The notes under the pieces: model-generated
Seen by the model: only the letters and a program-made list of their open reading frames with translations
Told to the model about the DNA's origin: nothing
Database searches by the model: none
Shown here: positions 39,634-49,949 of the stretch, piece after piece
Layout of the letters: each line of letters starts with the position of its first letter
How positions within the stretch are numbered: position 1 is the first letter of the stretch
Translations under genes and position numbers: made by a program
DNA from: an uncultured Acidobacteriota bacterium
GTDB taxonomy: Bacteria > Acidobacteriota > Vicinamibacteria > Vicinamibacterales > Vicinamibacteraceae
DNA: 64,000 nucleotides
Assembly (NCBI GenBank): GCA_963715265.1
Contig: CAVQRQ010000012.1
Coordinates: 7,387 to 71,386 of the forward strand
Direction: 5' to 3'

Positions 39634-42107
39634 CGCACCGTCACGGCAGCCGGCACCAACTGCAGGCCGATACTCCCCTGCTCCGGGTTGGACGCCACGC
39701 CCGCCGGCGTGATTCCCGACTGCCCGGGCGCCACAGCCTCGAACACGATCGTCGCGATGAGGCCGGTGCCCGTCGCACCCACCTGGTCTCCGGGACGGAG
39801 CACCGTCACGTCCACGCGACCCACGCCCGGGTCGACCTGCTGCGAGAAGGTCGGCGTCACGCCGCCCTGCGCCATGAACGTCCCGGGCTGCACCGTCCGC
39901 ACCCGCAGGACAGACGGGTTGTACGTGATCGACAGGCTGAGGGTCGACACCCGCTGGGCGCCGGCTATGGTGACGGGCACCGTGTACGGCCCTCCGCCGA
40001 CTGCGAACTGCGGCCCTGGCGTCGTGATGGCCAGCCGCGCCGTCGGCGACGGGACCGGCGCTGGGGGCGGCGCCGCCGCAGCCGCCTGAGGTGGCGTCGA
40101 CGGGCCGACCTCGGCTGGCTGGGGTGCCTGTGGCGTCGTGACGGGCGGCGCTGCGGGCGCGGGGTTCACCGGCACGACAGGCAGCACGGCCGGGCTGTCC
40201 GTGACCATGCCCGTCTGGGGCTGCGAGGGCAGCGCCGAGACCGGCTGCGCGCCCTGTGGCGTTGCCGCGGTCCCGGGCACGCCTGTTGCCGGTGCTCCGG
40301 GTGCTGCGGGCGGCGCCTCGGGAGCCGACGGCAGGGGCTCGGTGGCGATCAGGGGCGGGGCCCCGGTGAGCCCGAGGTTCTGCTGGCTGCCGATGTAGAT
40401 CGGGTCCAGGTTCTCCTGGGTCACCTCCGACGAGCGCACCAGGCGCGGCGTCAGCAGGAAGACGATGTCGGTCGTCTGGACCTGGTCGACCGTGTTGCCG
40501 AAGAGGCGCTGCAGCAGCGGCATCCGCAGGAGCCCCGGGAATCCCGTGAGCTGACGCCGCTGGTCTTCTCGCAGCAGGCCGGCCAGCATCAGGGACTCGC
40601 CTTCGCGCATGCGGATGAAGGAGGTCGCCCGGCGCGTGCCGAACGTCGGCAGGCTCTGGCCTGCGATGTCGATCGACGCACCCAGGTTGCTGCTCTCCAC
40701 CTCCAGTTCGCTGACGATCTCGCCCTCGAGTGTCACCCGCGGGTTGTTGAGCTTCACCTTGACGCCGATCGTGCGGTAGTTGAACTGGTTGATCGGGATC
40801 GTCGTGAGCCCGCCTCCGCCGAGGCCGCCGAACGTCGTGCTCGGCACCGGGATCTCGTCGCCGAGGTCCAGCGTGAGCACCTTCCCCTCCATGCCGCGCA
40901 GCTGGGGCTTGGCGATGATCCTGTTGTTGTTGTCGGTGGCGAGGAAATTGACGATCGCCTGGGGCACGGTCAGGTAGAAGTCGGCCGCGCTGACCCCTCG
41001 CGTGATCGTGTTCAGGTTGAAGGGCGGCTGGGCGCCCTCGGTGGCGGGCGGCGACTCTGGCGAGAAGATCGCGCCGACCGAGTACTGGGACAGGTTCAGG
41101 CCCACTTCCTTGGCCCGGACCCGATTGACCTCGATGATCTCGACGTCCACCACGATCTCGGCACGGGGCTTGTCGTTGTTGCGCACCACCTGGTCGATGA
41201 TGTTCATCACCCGATCGGATGCGCGCACCGTGAGACTGTTCTGGGTCTTGTTGGCCAGCACCCGCGGCTGCACCGGCAGGCCGGGCAACTGCAGAATCTG
41301 CTGCACCGTCTGCACCAGGTCGCTCGCCTCGGCGTGCGACAGGTAGAACGTGCGGATGACCTGCTCCTCGTAGGCCGCACGCTTGGGCGGCGTGTCGGGG
41401 ATCACCAGGATGGTCCGCGGGTTCATCACCTTGTAGAAGGTGCCGGCGGCCGTCATCACCTGGGCGAGGCCCTCTTCCAGCGCCAGCCCTGTCAGGTCCA
41501 CGGTGATCTGCGCCGGGCGGAACGTCGACTCGAAGATGACGTTGATGCCGGTGGCCTTGCCCATGAACGTGAGGACATCCTGCGAACTGGCCTGCGAGAA
41601 CTTGATCTCGAGCGGGTCGCGCGACGCAGGATTGAGCAGTGGCGGCGCCGACCGCTGGCGGGCCGTCTCCCGCATCGCCTCGATTGCCGGACGCGGGCGG
41701 GCCGCCTCGGCACGTTCACGCAGTTCCTTGTCGATCTCCGCGGCGCGCAGCATCGCGTTCCGGTTCGACGGGTCGTACTCGTAGACCTTCCGGTACTCCA
41801 CGACGGCGAGTTCGATGTCGCCCCGCTCGTCGGCCTCACGCGCCAGCTTCAGGTGGGCCAGTGAGGCGGCACTCATCGCCTGCTGCAGGGCCCCCTTGTA
41901 GTCAGCGCGGTCCGGGTGCTCCTGCAGCGCGGAGCGGAAGTTCACCACGGCCGTGTCGAAGTCTCCGCCCAGGAAGGCGTCGCGCCCGCGGTTGAACGCG
42001 CCCGACGAGGCACACCCGGCCGCGAGGCACACCAATCCCAGCAGGGCCGTCGCCGCCCCGACCTGAATCTTCCGCATGCGTGTCGGTACCCGTCGTCGCT
42101 CGTTCAC
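39630..42107 (-). CDS. Secretin (GspD-like) lipoprotein with N-terminal TPR-like region and C-terminal cohesin-like domain
   Basis: Lipobox LAAGC, N-domain RTFYLSHA, secretin core (IIAKPQLR, IVFLLTPRLV), Pro-rich linker, ITYNPSVL cohesin-like tail. Confidence 0.88.
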   Translation of the reverse strand: MNERRRVPTRMRKIQVGAATALLGLVCLAAGCASSGAFNRGRDAFLGGDFDTAVVNFRSALQEHPDRADYKGALQQAMSAASLAHLKLAREADERGDIELAVVEYRKVYEYDPSNRNAMLRAAEIDKELRERAEAARPRPAIEAMRETARQRSAPPLLNPASRDPLEIKFSQASSQDVLTFMGKATGINVIFESTFRPAQITVDLTGLALEEGLAQVMTAAGTFYKVMNPRTILVIPDTPPKRAAYEEQVIRTFYLSHAEASDLVQTVQQILQLPGLPVQPRVLANKTQNSLTVRASDRVMNIIDQVVRNNDKPRAEIVVDVEIIEVNRVRAKEVGLNLSQYSVGAIFSPESPPATEGAQPPFNLNTITRGVSAADFYLTVPQAIVNFLATDNNNRIIAKPQLRGMEGKVLTLDLGDEIPVPSTTFGGLGGGGLTTIPINQFNYRTIGVKVKLNNPRVTLEGEIVSELEVESSNLGASIDIAGQSLPTFGTRRATSFIRMREGESLMLAGLLREDQRRQLTGFPGLLRMPLLQRLFGNTVDQVQTTDIVFLLTPRLVRSSEVTQENLDPIYIGSQQNLGLTGAPPLIATEPLPSAPEAPPAAPGAPATGVPGTAATPQGAQPVSALPSQPQTGMVTDSPAVLPVVPVNPAPAAPPVTTPQAPQPAEVGPSTPPQAAAAAPPPAPVPSPTARLAITTPGPQFAVGGGPYTVPVTIAGAQRVSTLSLSITYNPSVLRVRTVQPGTFMAQGGVTPTFSQQVDPGVGRVDVTVLRPGDQVGATGTGLIATIVFEAVAPGQSGITPAGVASNPEQGSIGLQLVPAAVTVR

Positions 42108-42170
42108 CCGTTCCGCTCGCCTCGACCATCACTCGGTTGCCCGGACGACTCGCGCCGCCGGTCGCCAGGG

Positions 42171-42755
42171 TCAGCCTGTGAGCCGCACCGTCTGTCGGCC
42201 ACGGCCGTCCGCATACTCAATTTGCAGCGATTCCTCGCCGATGGACACGATACGCCACCGGCCATCGACGATTTCGCCCGCGCGGCCATAGTAGACGTTC
42301 TTGCCGTCGCTCAGCACGGCGACCTTGCCGACATCGCGCCGCGACACCACGCCGATGAACTTGACGGCGATTGGCGGCGGAGGCGGCGGTCCCGCAGGCA
42401 CGATCGGACCGACAGGGACCACCGGCGGTGCGACGACGGTCCCAGCCGGCCGGGTGGGGCTTCGAACCTCGGTCCCGCCGCTCGCGCCGGGACTGCCCGA
42501 CCGGAAGGGATCCCGGCCGCTGCCGTCCGGCGCCGGTCGGTCCTCGTCGAGGCGGACGAGGCCGATCCCCCGGGCCAGCACGTCGTCGGCCTTGCCCACG
42601 GCGGGCTCGCCGGGACGTGCCGGGGCCGCCGGTCGTCGCGCCGCGGACCCTGGCGGCGTCGACGCTCCCCCGCCGAATTGCCACCAGGCGACCACCGCGA
42701 GCACCACCAGCAGTCCCGTCAGCGCCGGTAGCTTTCGCCGTGTCTCAGCGTCCAT
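42171..42755 (-). CDS. PilP/GspC-position accessory protein
   Basis: One TM, GRDPF motif, PPPPP linker, KFIGVV..GEIVDGRWRI. Confidence 0.65.
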   Translation of the reverse strand: MDAETRRKLPALTGLLVVLAVVAWWQFGGGASTPPGSAARRPAAPARPGEPAVGKADDVLARGIGLVRLDEDRPAPDGSGRDPFRSGSPGASGGTEVRSPTRPAGTVVAPPVVPVGPIVPAGPPPPPPIAVKFIGVVSRRDVGKVAVLSDGKNVYYGRAGEIVDGRWRIVSIGEESLQIEYADGRGRQTVRLTG

Positions 42756-43320
42756 CGGTCGCCTTGAAGTAGGTGGAGAGCGTCAGGGCCGCCTCGAGCG
42801 GCTCGGCCGGATCGTCGGTCTGGACGACCCCGACCTCGCGGATGACCACAAAGTCCGGCCCCGTTTCCAGCGCGTACAGAAACTGCCGCAGGTTGCGATA
42901 GGTGCCGAACACGCTCATCGTGAGCGTGGCTCGGGTGAGCACGCCCTCCTTGTCCGGTGGATCCTGGGCAAACGTCCGGTGCTCGTACGACAGATTTGCC
43001 TGCCGCGCCATCTGCGCGAGCCGGACGAAGGTGACCTGACGGGCGGCGGGTTGGTCTACCGGCAGCACCTGCGTGTAGAACCGCTGCAGGTCGGTCACCG
43101 CCTGGATGCTGCCCGTTGCCGTCTGGCGGGCATCAGCCAAGTCTCTCGCGGCCGTCGATGCTCCGAGCGACGCCACCGTGGCGCGCTGGCTCAGGGATTG
43201 GACGCGGGCCCGCATCGGGCCTACGACGATCCCGAGTCCGAGCAGGGCGACCACGCCGAGCACCGTGATCACCGACACGACGAGGCGGTGGTCGGCGAGA
43301 ATGCGTGTCATGGGCGCCAT
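42745..43320 (-). CDS. PilO/GspM-like protein
   Basis: One TM, GTYRNLRQFLYALE ferredoxin-like motif; follows pilN. Confidence 0.75.
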   Translation of the reverse strand: MAPMTRILADHRLVVSVITVLGVVALLGLGIVVGPMRARVQSLSQRATVASLGASTAARDLADARQTATGSIQAVTDLQRFYTQVLPVDQPAARQVTFVRLAQMARQANLSYEHRTFAQDPPDKEGVLTRATLTMSVFGTYRNLRQFLYALETGPDFVVIREVGVVQTDDPAEPLEAALTLSTYFKATDGR

Positions 43321-43321
43321 G

Positions 43322-43942
43322 TCAGTTGGCTCCCGCTCCGGGTGACACCGCCGGGGGGCTTTCGAGCCCGCCGGGCTCCGCAGTCGGCGCGCCAGGCCCG
43401 ACGTATCGCCCCTCACACACGATGTTGTACGTTCCGTCCTCGAGGACCTGCTCCTCGACCGAGCGCATCCCCACGAACGCGCCTGCGGCCTCGAGCCTGT
43501 CGAGGAACAGGCCCACGGGCTCGACGCGACCGGCGTTGACGATGAGGCGCACGATGAGGGCTCCCCTGTCGAGCGATGGCGTCACGGAGCGAAGCCGCAC
43601 GTCGGCCGGGATGGTCCGTTCGATCACGTTGAAGAGCGCCGTCCATGAGAACGTGCGCTCGTCGATGACCGCATTGGCCTCCAGGGCAGCCTTCACCGTC
43701 GCGTCCAGGGCCTGCGCGTCCAGGCGTCCCCGCACGCGCTGGGTCTCCCGCCGGAGTTCCGCCGTCCGGGCCTCATCGCGGGCGATGGCGTCCGACAGTC
43801 GCCGCTGCTCCCCGGAAAGCGCGGCGAACTGCCAGACCGTGAACAACGCCAGCAGGCCGAGCGCCACCGCGAGCACGCCGAGCACGCCCTGAACGGCACG
43901 CTCGTTGTAGAACGGCCGTGTCGCGAGATTCCCGCCCAGCAT
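43322..43942 (-). CDS. PilN-like protein
   Basis: N-terminal NLATRPF, TM, coiled coil, SWTALFN..P.DVRL. Confidence 0.78.
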   Translation of the reverse strand: MLGGNLATRPFYNERAVQGVLGVLAVALGLLALFTVWQFAALSGEQRRLSDAIARDEARTAELRRETQRVRGRLDAQALDATVKAALEANAVIDERTFSWTALFNVIERTIPADVRLRSVTPSLDRGALIVRLIVNAGRVEPVGLFLDRLEAAGAFVGMRSVEEQVLEDGTYNIVCEGRYVGPGAPTAEPGGLESPPAVSPGAGAN

Positions 43943-44883
43943 CAGGCCGCTCCCTCGCGCAGGACGATCCCCGTCGGCGCGGCGATCTGACCGACAAGCG
44001 TGTCGGTTGCCGTGAGGCGGTCCGCGAAGGCCACGAGTCCATCGACCGACAGTGGAGAGACCGGCGCGTCGAAGAGCGATCCGAGCGTGCGCGACAAGTG
44101 CTCGCGGTCGGGCACGTCGGGGCCCGCGACCAGCAGCACACGTGCCAGGCCGCGGCCGTTCAGGCGGTCCTCGTAGAACATGCGCGTCTGGTGGACGACG
44201 TCGGCCACAGGCTCGGTGGCGTCGCTGTGGCGGGTGCGGAAGAAGATCAGCGCCCCGTCCCGGACAAGGACGATGGACGCATAGGTCGCCGTCACGTGGA
44301 CCAGCAGCGTGTCACCCGGCAGGCCACCGCCCAGTGACGCCAGGTTGAGCACGTTGAAGGTCGCCAGGTCGACGGTCCCGGCGTGCAGGCCCACAGCCGA
44401 GCAGACGGCCTCGTACTCGCGCACCAGGTCGCGTCGCATGGCCGTGACCACCATGGTCGTGGACCCGTCCTGCTCGCCCCCTCGCGACCATGCGACCTGC
44501 GCGTCCTCCACCGGGAACGGCACGGTCTTTCGCAACTGCAGTCGAATCAACTGCTCGAGGTCCCTCGAACTGGCCGGAACCTGCTCGAATGGGAGCAGCG
44601 ACACCTTGGCCGCAGCGTCTGGAATGGCGAGGGCCACACGGCGGGGACGACCGCCGAGTTGCTCCAGCAGGCCACGCAATGCCTGAACGACCACCTCCGG
44701 CTGCAGGATGTTGTGCGCGGTCAGCGACGGCACAACGGCCCCCGGCGGCAGGGCCACCGACGCGACGGCGCGCACGAGCGGCCCCGGCACGCGGTCCACG
44801 ACGACGGCCGTGACGCGGGGGGCGTCGATGTGCAGCCCGAGTGTCGGCGGGGGCGTCTGCAGCCAGGCAGGAAGCGGCGACAT
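43942..44883 (-). CDS. PilM-like cytoplasmic actin-fold protein
   Basis: LPPGAVVPSL..NI, ALAIPD, KTVPF; upstream of pilN/pilO. Confidence 0.75.
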   Translation of the reverse strand: MSPLPAWLQTPPPTLGLHIDAPRVTAVVVDRVPGPLVRAVASVALPPGAVVPSLTAHNILQPEVVVQALRGLLEQLGGRPRRVALAIPDAAAKVSLLPFEQVPASSRDLEQLIRLQLRKTVPFPVEDAQVAWSRGGEQDGSTTMVVTAMRRDLVREYEAVCSAVGLHAGTVDLATFNVLNLASLGGGLPGDTLLVHVTATYASIVLVRDGALIFFRTRHSDATEPVADVVHQTRMFYEDRLNGRGLARVLLVAGPDVPDREHLSRTLGSLFDAPVSPLSVDGLVAFADRLTATDTLVGQIAAPTGIVLREGAA

Positions 44884-44885
44884 GA

Positions 44886-46553
44886 TCAGTCGACGAAGGT
44901 GACCTTGTTGATCTCGCGCAGCGTGGTCTCGCCCGAGAGCACCCGCGACACCGCCGACTCCCGGAGGAACCGCATCCCTTCGTCGCGCACGGCGCGCTTG
45001 ATCTCGGAGTTCGGACGTCGCGCCAGAATCATGTCACGGATGGTATCCGTCAGGTCGAGCAGTTCGCAGATGGCCATGCGGCCGCGATAGCCGGATCCGT
45101 TGCACTCGAGGCATCCGATGCCCTCGTAGAAGGTGTGCGTCGTGGCGAGCGTGGGGTCCATCGCCGACTCCCGTAACTGTGCCTCGGTGACCGTCGCCGG
45201 GCGCTTGCAGTCCTCGCAGATCTTCCGCACCAGCCGCTGCGCGAGCACGCAGTTGAGCGCCGACACGAACTGGTAGGCCTCGACCCCCATGTTCAGGAAG
45301 CGCCCGAGCACGTCGAGCACGTTGTTGGCGTGCACGGTCGTGAACACGAGGTGCCCCGTGAGCGCCGAGTTGATCGCGATCTGTGCCGTCTCCGCGTCGC
45401 GGATCTCGCCGACCATGATCTTGTCGGGGTCATGGCGAAGGATGCTGCGCAGTCCGCGTGCGAACGTCAGGCCCTTCTTCTCGTTGATCGGAATCTGCAC
45501 GATCCCCTTGAGCTGGTACTCGACCGGGTCCTCGATGGTGATGATCTTGTCCTCGGGGGACTTGATCTCCGAGAGCGCCGCGTAGAGCGTGGTCGTCTTG
45601 CCCGATCCGGTCGGACCGGTCACCAGCACCATCCCGTACGGTTCGCGGATGTACTTCCGGAAGCGGCGCAGCTCCTCTTCCGGGAAGCCGAGGATGTCGA
45701 GCCGCAGTTCGCGGAACTGCTCGCTGATCGACTCCTTGTCCAGGATGCGGATGACGGCGTCCTCGCCGTGGACGCTCGGCATCACCGAGACGCGGAAGTC
45801 GATCGTCTTGCCGCGCATGCGCAGCCTGAACCGGCCGTCCTGCGGTACGCGCTTCTCGGCGATGTCGAGTTCGGCCATCACCTTGATGCGCGAGATGATC
45901 GGCCCCGCGAAGCGCTTGTCGATCGGCCGCATCGCCGGCTGCAGCACGCCGTCGATGCGGTACTTGACCACGACGGCATCGTCCTGCGTCTCGATGTGGA
46001 TGTCGCTGGCCCGCCGCTGCAAGGCGGCGAAGACCGTCGAGTCGATCAACTTGATGATCGGGCTGATGTCGCTGGTCAGCTTCTCCACCGACAGCGATTC
46101 CTCGCCGGACTCGTCCTCCTTGAGCAACTGGAGCTGGAAGCTCTCGGTCGCGTCCTCGAGCACGCGCTGGCTGCTCTCGGACTTCTTCAGCATCGCCTGA
46201 ATGGCCGACGCGGGACCGACCGTGACCTTCAGGCGCACGCCGAGCAACTGCTGCAGCTCGTCCTGCATCATCAGGTCGGTCGGATCCGACACGACGATGA
46301 CGAGCGCGTCGCCCTCGCGCCTGTGGGGAACGAAGCCGTACCGGAGCATGACGTCGGCCGGGATGGACCTGAACAGCTCGTTGTCGAGATGGAACGCGTC
46401 CATGTCGACGAACTCGAGGCGGTAGCGTTCGGCCAGGCGCCGCGCCTGCTCGCGCTCCTGCGCTGGCGTGGCCCGCTGGCCCTCGGCGTGGGGCAGGTCC
46501 GGCATCGGCAGGGCCGAGGGGTCGGGCGTGGGCGATGGGGTGACGATACTCAC
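44886..46553 (-). CDS. GspE/PilB assembly ATPase
   Basis: ASDIHIE, PQDGRF, GPTGSGKTTT, TIEDPVE, LRHDPD, GHLVFTTVH, CxxC zinc motifs. Confidence 0.93.
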   Translation of the reverse strand: MSIVTPSPTPDPSALPMPDLPHAEGQRATPAQEREQARRLAERYRLEFVDMDAFHLDNELFRSIPADVMLRYGFVPHRREGDALVIVVSDPTDLMMQDELQQLLGVRLKVTVGPASAIQAMLKKSESSQRVLEDATESFQLQLLKEDESGEESLSVEKLTSDISPIIKLIDSTVFAALQRRASDIHIETQDDAVVVKYRIDGVLQPAMRPIDKRFAGPIISRIKVMAELDIAEKRVPQDGRFRLRMRGKTIDFRVSVMPSVHGEDAVIRILDKESISEQFRELRLDILGFPEEELRRFRKYIREPYGMVLVTGPTGSGKTTTLYAALSEIKSPEDKIITIEDPVEYQLKGIVQIPINEKKGLTFARGLRSILRHDPDKIMVGEIRDAETAQIAINSALTGHLVFTTVHANNVLDVLGRFLNMGVEAYQFVSALNCVLAQRLVRKICEDCKRPATVTEAQLRESAMDPTLATTHTFYEGIGCLECNGSGYRGRMAICELLDLTDTIRDMILARRPNSEIKRAVRDEGMRFLRESAVSRVLSGETTLREINKVTFVD

Positions 46554-46584
46554 GAACGCGTTGCCTCCGCGGCGGCCCGGGCGC

Positions 46585-47790
46585 CTAGCTCAGGGCCGAC
46601 GACAACTGGAAGACCGGCAGGTACAGGGCGATGAGCAGCGCCGCAATCACGATGCCCATCACCACGAGCAGAATCGGCTCGATGAGCAGCAGGAAGCGCC
46701 CCAACTTCGTCTCGATGTCCTCATCGTAGAAATCGGCGATGGCGTTGAGCATGTCCTGGAGCGCGCCCGTCGCCTCGCCCACTTCCACCATCTTCAGTGA
46801 GACGTCGGGGAACTCCCCCTTGGCGGCCATCGCGGCCGAGAGCGGCTGCCCTTCTCGGACCTGCCGCGTGATGTCGGCCATCTGCGCGGCGATGTGCCGG
46901 TTCGAGACCGACCGGGTGGCGACGTCCAGCGCGGTGACCAGCGGGATGCCGCCCCCAAGCAGGGTCGCGAGCGTCCGGGCAAGTTGCGACGTGGCGAACT
47001 GCCGGGCGATGTTGCCGACCCCCGGCAGGGACAGCACCAGACGGTCGACCCGCTGCCGGTACTGGGGTTGACGCAGCGCCCATCGGCCGCCCACGACCGC
47101 CACCGCGAGCGCGGCGATGATCAGGACGATCTGGCTCCGGATGGCGTCGGAGACGGCGACGATGGCGCGCGTGGCGACCGGCAGTTCCGCATCGAACCCC
47201 TTGTAGAACGCGTTGAACTCGGGAACGACGCGGACCACGATGATCGCGACCACCGCCACCGACAGCAGGGTCAGCACCGCCGGGTAGACCAGCGCCGAGA
47301 CCACCTTGCGCCGCACGGCGTTGAGCACCTGGACGTAGGCCACGTAGCGGCGCAGGACCTGCTCGAGACTGCCGCTCCGCTCCCCGGCCATGAGCGATGC
47401 GGTATAGATCGGCGTCACGTGACGCGGGTGCGTTTCGAAGGCGTCCGACAGCGCCGACCCGGATCGCACCTTGTCGTACACGTCGTCCAGCACCCCCTTG
47501 AACACCGGGTTGGGCACGTTGCGCCGCAGGATGTCGAGCGACTGGACCAGGGGCATGCCGGCCTTGAGCAACGTGGCGAGTTCCTGGTTGAACACCAGGA
47601 ACTCGTGGAGCTTGATGCGCCCTCCCCTCGAGAGGGTCAGGCCGCCCAGGCCGCGCCGAGCGGCCCGAACGTCGAGGACGAACAGCCCCTTCTCCTCGAG
47701 GTCGCGACGAAGCGCCGCTTCGCTGTCGGCGACGTAGACGCCTTCGGTCACCTGCCCCGTGGCCGTGGCCAGCCGGCACCGGAACTCCAT
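46585..47790 (-). CDS. GspF/PilC inner-membrane platform protein
   Basis: ELATLLKAGMPL, GERSGSL, ALVYP, VGEATG, LIEP. Confidence 0.92.
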   Translation of the reverse strand: MEFRCRLATATGQVTEGVYVADSEAALRRDLEEKGLFVLDVRAARRGLGGLTLSRGGRIKLHEFLVFNQELATLLKAGMPLVQSLDILRRNVPNPVFKGVLDDVYDKVRSGSALSDAFETHPRHVTPIYTASLMAGERSGSLEQVLRRYVAYVQVLNAVRRKVVSALVYPAVLTLLSVAVVAIIVVRVVPEFNAFYKGFDAELPVATRAIVAVSDAIRSQIVLIIAALAVAVVGGRWALRQPQYRQRVDRLVLSLPGVGNIARQFATSQLARTLATLLGGGIPLVTALDVATRSVSNRHIAAQMADITRQVREGQPLSAAMAAKGEFPDVSLKMVEVGEATGALQDMLNAIADFYDEDIETKLGRFLLLIEPILLVVMGIVIAALLIALYLPVFQLSSALS

Positions 47791-47793
47791 GCG

Positions 47794-48477
47794 TCAGGAG
47801 GCTCCCGCCAGATGCAGCACGCGCCGCACGTAGGCCTGCGTCTCGCGGAACGGCGGCACGCCGCCGAATCTGCGCACCGCTCCGGCGCCCGCGTTGTAGG
47901 CCGCGACCGCGTGCTGCAGGTCGAACCTGTCGAGCAGGGACCGCAGGTGACGGACACCCGCATCGATGTTCGCGGCCGGGTCGAACGGGTTGCCGACGCG
48001 AAGCTCCCTGGCGGTTGCCGGCATCAGCTGCATCAGCCCCATGGCCCCCTTCCGCGAACGGGCCTGGGCGCGGTACCTGGACTCGACCTCGATGACCGCG
48101 TGGACGAGGAGCGGGTCCACCCGGTGACGACGCGCCGCCGCCTCGATCAGTGGGAGATACGGTCGGCTCTCGGCGCTGGCCACGTCGCCGAGGCTCCTCG
48201 GACGGACGGCAGGACCCGCCTGCGGGAGGTCGGCGGAGACGGACTCGGGCTCAGGGTATGGCACCTCATCGGGAGCGACGTGCCGGATCAGATCCGCGTC
48301 GCACTCGACCTGCCCCCCTCCCCTCAAAGCGAGGACGGCCGCCCCGCCGTCGATCCAGACGCTGCGCACCGACACCGTCCGTCCGCTGGACAGCGTGACG
48401 AGCTCAGCCGAGACGGGCCACGGCAGGAGCAGCACCACGCCCCCCAGCGCGCCGGCGGCGAATGAACGGAGAAGCAC
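47794..48477 (-). CDS. Soluble lytic transglycosylase (SLT domain)
   Basis: VIEVES, GAMGLMQLMP, AAYNAG, PPFRETQAYV; GTG start at 48477 inferred. Confidence 0.88.
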   Translation of the reverse strand: MLLRSFAAGALGGVVLLLPWPVSAELVTLSSGRTVSVRSVWIDGGAAVLALRGGGQVECDADLIRHVAPDEVPYPEPESVSADLPQAGPAVRPRSLGDVASAESRPYLPLIEAAARRHRVDPLLVHAVIEVESRYRAQARSRKGAMGLMQLMPATARELRVGNPFDPAANIDAGVRHLRSLLDRFDLQHAVAAYNAGAGAVRRFGGVPPFRETQAYVRRVLHLAGAS

Positions 48478-48574
48478 GGGATGCCAGTGTAGCAGGGGAG
48501 AACAGGGGCATGGCAGGGCACGGTCTCCCCGGGGTGCCGACGCGCGAGGGCGGGAGGGCGCCGCCCCCGCGTCC

Positions 48575-49453
48575 CTACCGGGGCTCCACGAACGCGTGGA
48601 AGACGCGAATACCAAGTTCGCGCGGGTCCGACGACTTCGCCGCGGGTGTCTGCGCAGGAACAAACGCCTGATTCACCTCGATCGTCAGGTCGACGTTCTC
48701 GTCCGGGCCGAACTGCCCGGCCGTGACGGGAATCCGGCGGATGACTTCGTCGTCGCCCGCGAGCGCGTGGGTGTCCAGCACCTGGTCGCCGATGCGAACC
48801 GTCACCGTCTGGCCGGGGACCAGATTGGGCCGTCCGTCGAAGTGCAGGAAGAACGTCGCGTCGCGTCGCGGATTGCGGAGCGACAACGTGGCGACCTGCT
48901 TGGTCCACTGCCACTCGACCTGTGCGTTCTCGGCAGCGACTTCGGCGTTGTGCCAGCCGTCCTTGAACTGCACGAAGACGTTGTCGGCCGCCGGCAGGAG
49001 CTCAATCGTCCCGGCCTTGTACGCCCGCTGGCCGTCGCTCTCACCGGCGAGCGGCAGCCGCACGCCGGTTTCCGGGTCGTACAGGCCGATGCGAACGATG
49101 GCCTCGCCCATGTACGGGTATTGCGGCACGAACATCGTCCGCGTGTACTCGATGCGCTGTCCCGGTTTCCAGTCCCGCGTCGACGTCGGCGGCTGGTGGT
49201 CGTCGGTCCACATCAGCTGCTCGTCGGAGTCCAGGAAGTGCACCAGCACCCGGTACTCCTTGTCGAAGGCCGGCGCGTCGGCTGCGACGACGAACCGGTA
49301 GGTCAGGTCCAGCGGGCCACCCAGGGCCACCCGCGCCTTACTGGACGCAAACGTCGCGGTCGCGACGGGGGGCTGGTTGTCCTCCGTCTTCTGGCACCCG
49401 GCCACGACAGAGAGGGCCACGGCCACGACTACACAGGCGGCTGGGGGTTTCAC
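48575..49453 (-). CDS. Hypothetical lipoprotein (all-beta)
   Basis: Lipobox VAGC; VHFLD..WTDDH.P..WKPG and DPRELG motifs; GTG start at 49453 inferred. Confidence 0.65.
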   Translation of the reverse strand: MKPPAACVVVAVALSVVAGCQKTEDNQPPVATATFASSKARVALGGPLDLTYRFVVAADAPAFDKEYRVLVHFLDSDEQLMWTDDHQPPTSTRDWKPGQRIEYTRTMFVPQYPYMGEAIVRIGLYDPETGVRLPLAGESDGQRAYKAGTIELLPAADNVFVQFKDGWHNAEVAAENAQVEWQWTKQVATLSLRNPRRDATFFLHFDGRPNLVPGQTVTVRIGDQVLDTHALAGDDEVIRRIPVTAGQFGPDENVDLTIEVNQAFVPAQTPAAKSSDPRELGIRVFHAFVEPR

Positions 49454-49631
49454 GCCTCGGAACTCCTTGAATCGATGGGCACGCCAGGTGGCCCGGGTCG
49501 TCAATTGTCGGGGTGCCGTTCTCAGGCCACCACACGGGGTGCCGCCCTGCGGCGCCCGGGCGCCCCGGGGAAACACTCAAGGGTAAACCGTTGCGGCCCC
49601 CGGAGCAACATGCTAGAGTCCGCTCGATTTC

Positions 49632-49925
49632 ATGGGAGACGCGCTCGGACTCATCGAAACCCGTGGCCTCATCGGCGCTATCGAAGCTGCCGACGCGATG
49701 GTCAAGGCCGCCAACGTCCAGTTGATCGCCAAGGAGTACATCGGCGCCGGATACGTCACGGTGATGGCCCGCGGCGACGTCGGCGCGATCAAGGCCGCGA
49801 CCGACGCGGGCGCGGCAGCCGCCCGCCGCGTGGGCGAGCTGATCTCGGTACACGTGATTCCCCGTCCGCACGCGGAAGTCGAGCGGATTCTCCCCAAGCC
49901 GCCAGCCGCTCCGGCCGGAAAGTAA
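49632..49925 (+). CDS. Bacterial microcompartment hexameric shell protein (BMC-H, EutM/PduA-like)
   Basis: [34 protein letters not shown]. Confidence 0.95.
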   Translation: MGDALGLIETRGLIGAIEAADAMVKAANVQLIAKEYIGAGYVTVMARGDVGAIKAATDAGAAAARRVGELISVHVIPRPHAEVERILPKPPAAPAGK

Positions 49926-49949
49926 GCCGCCGCGGCCCGCGCCTCACGC

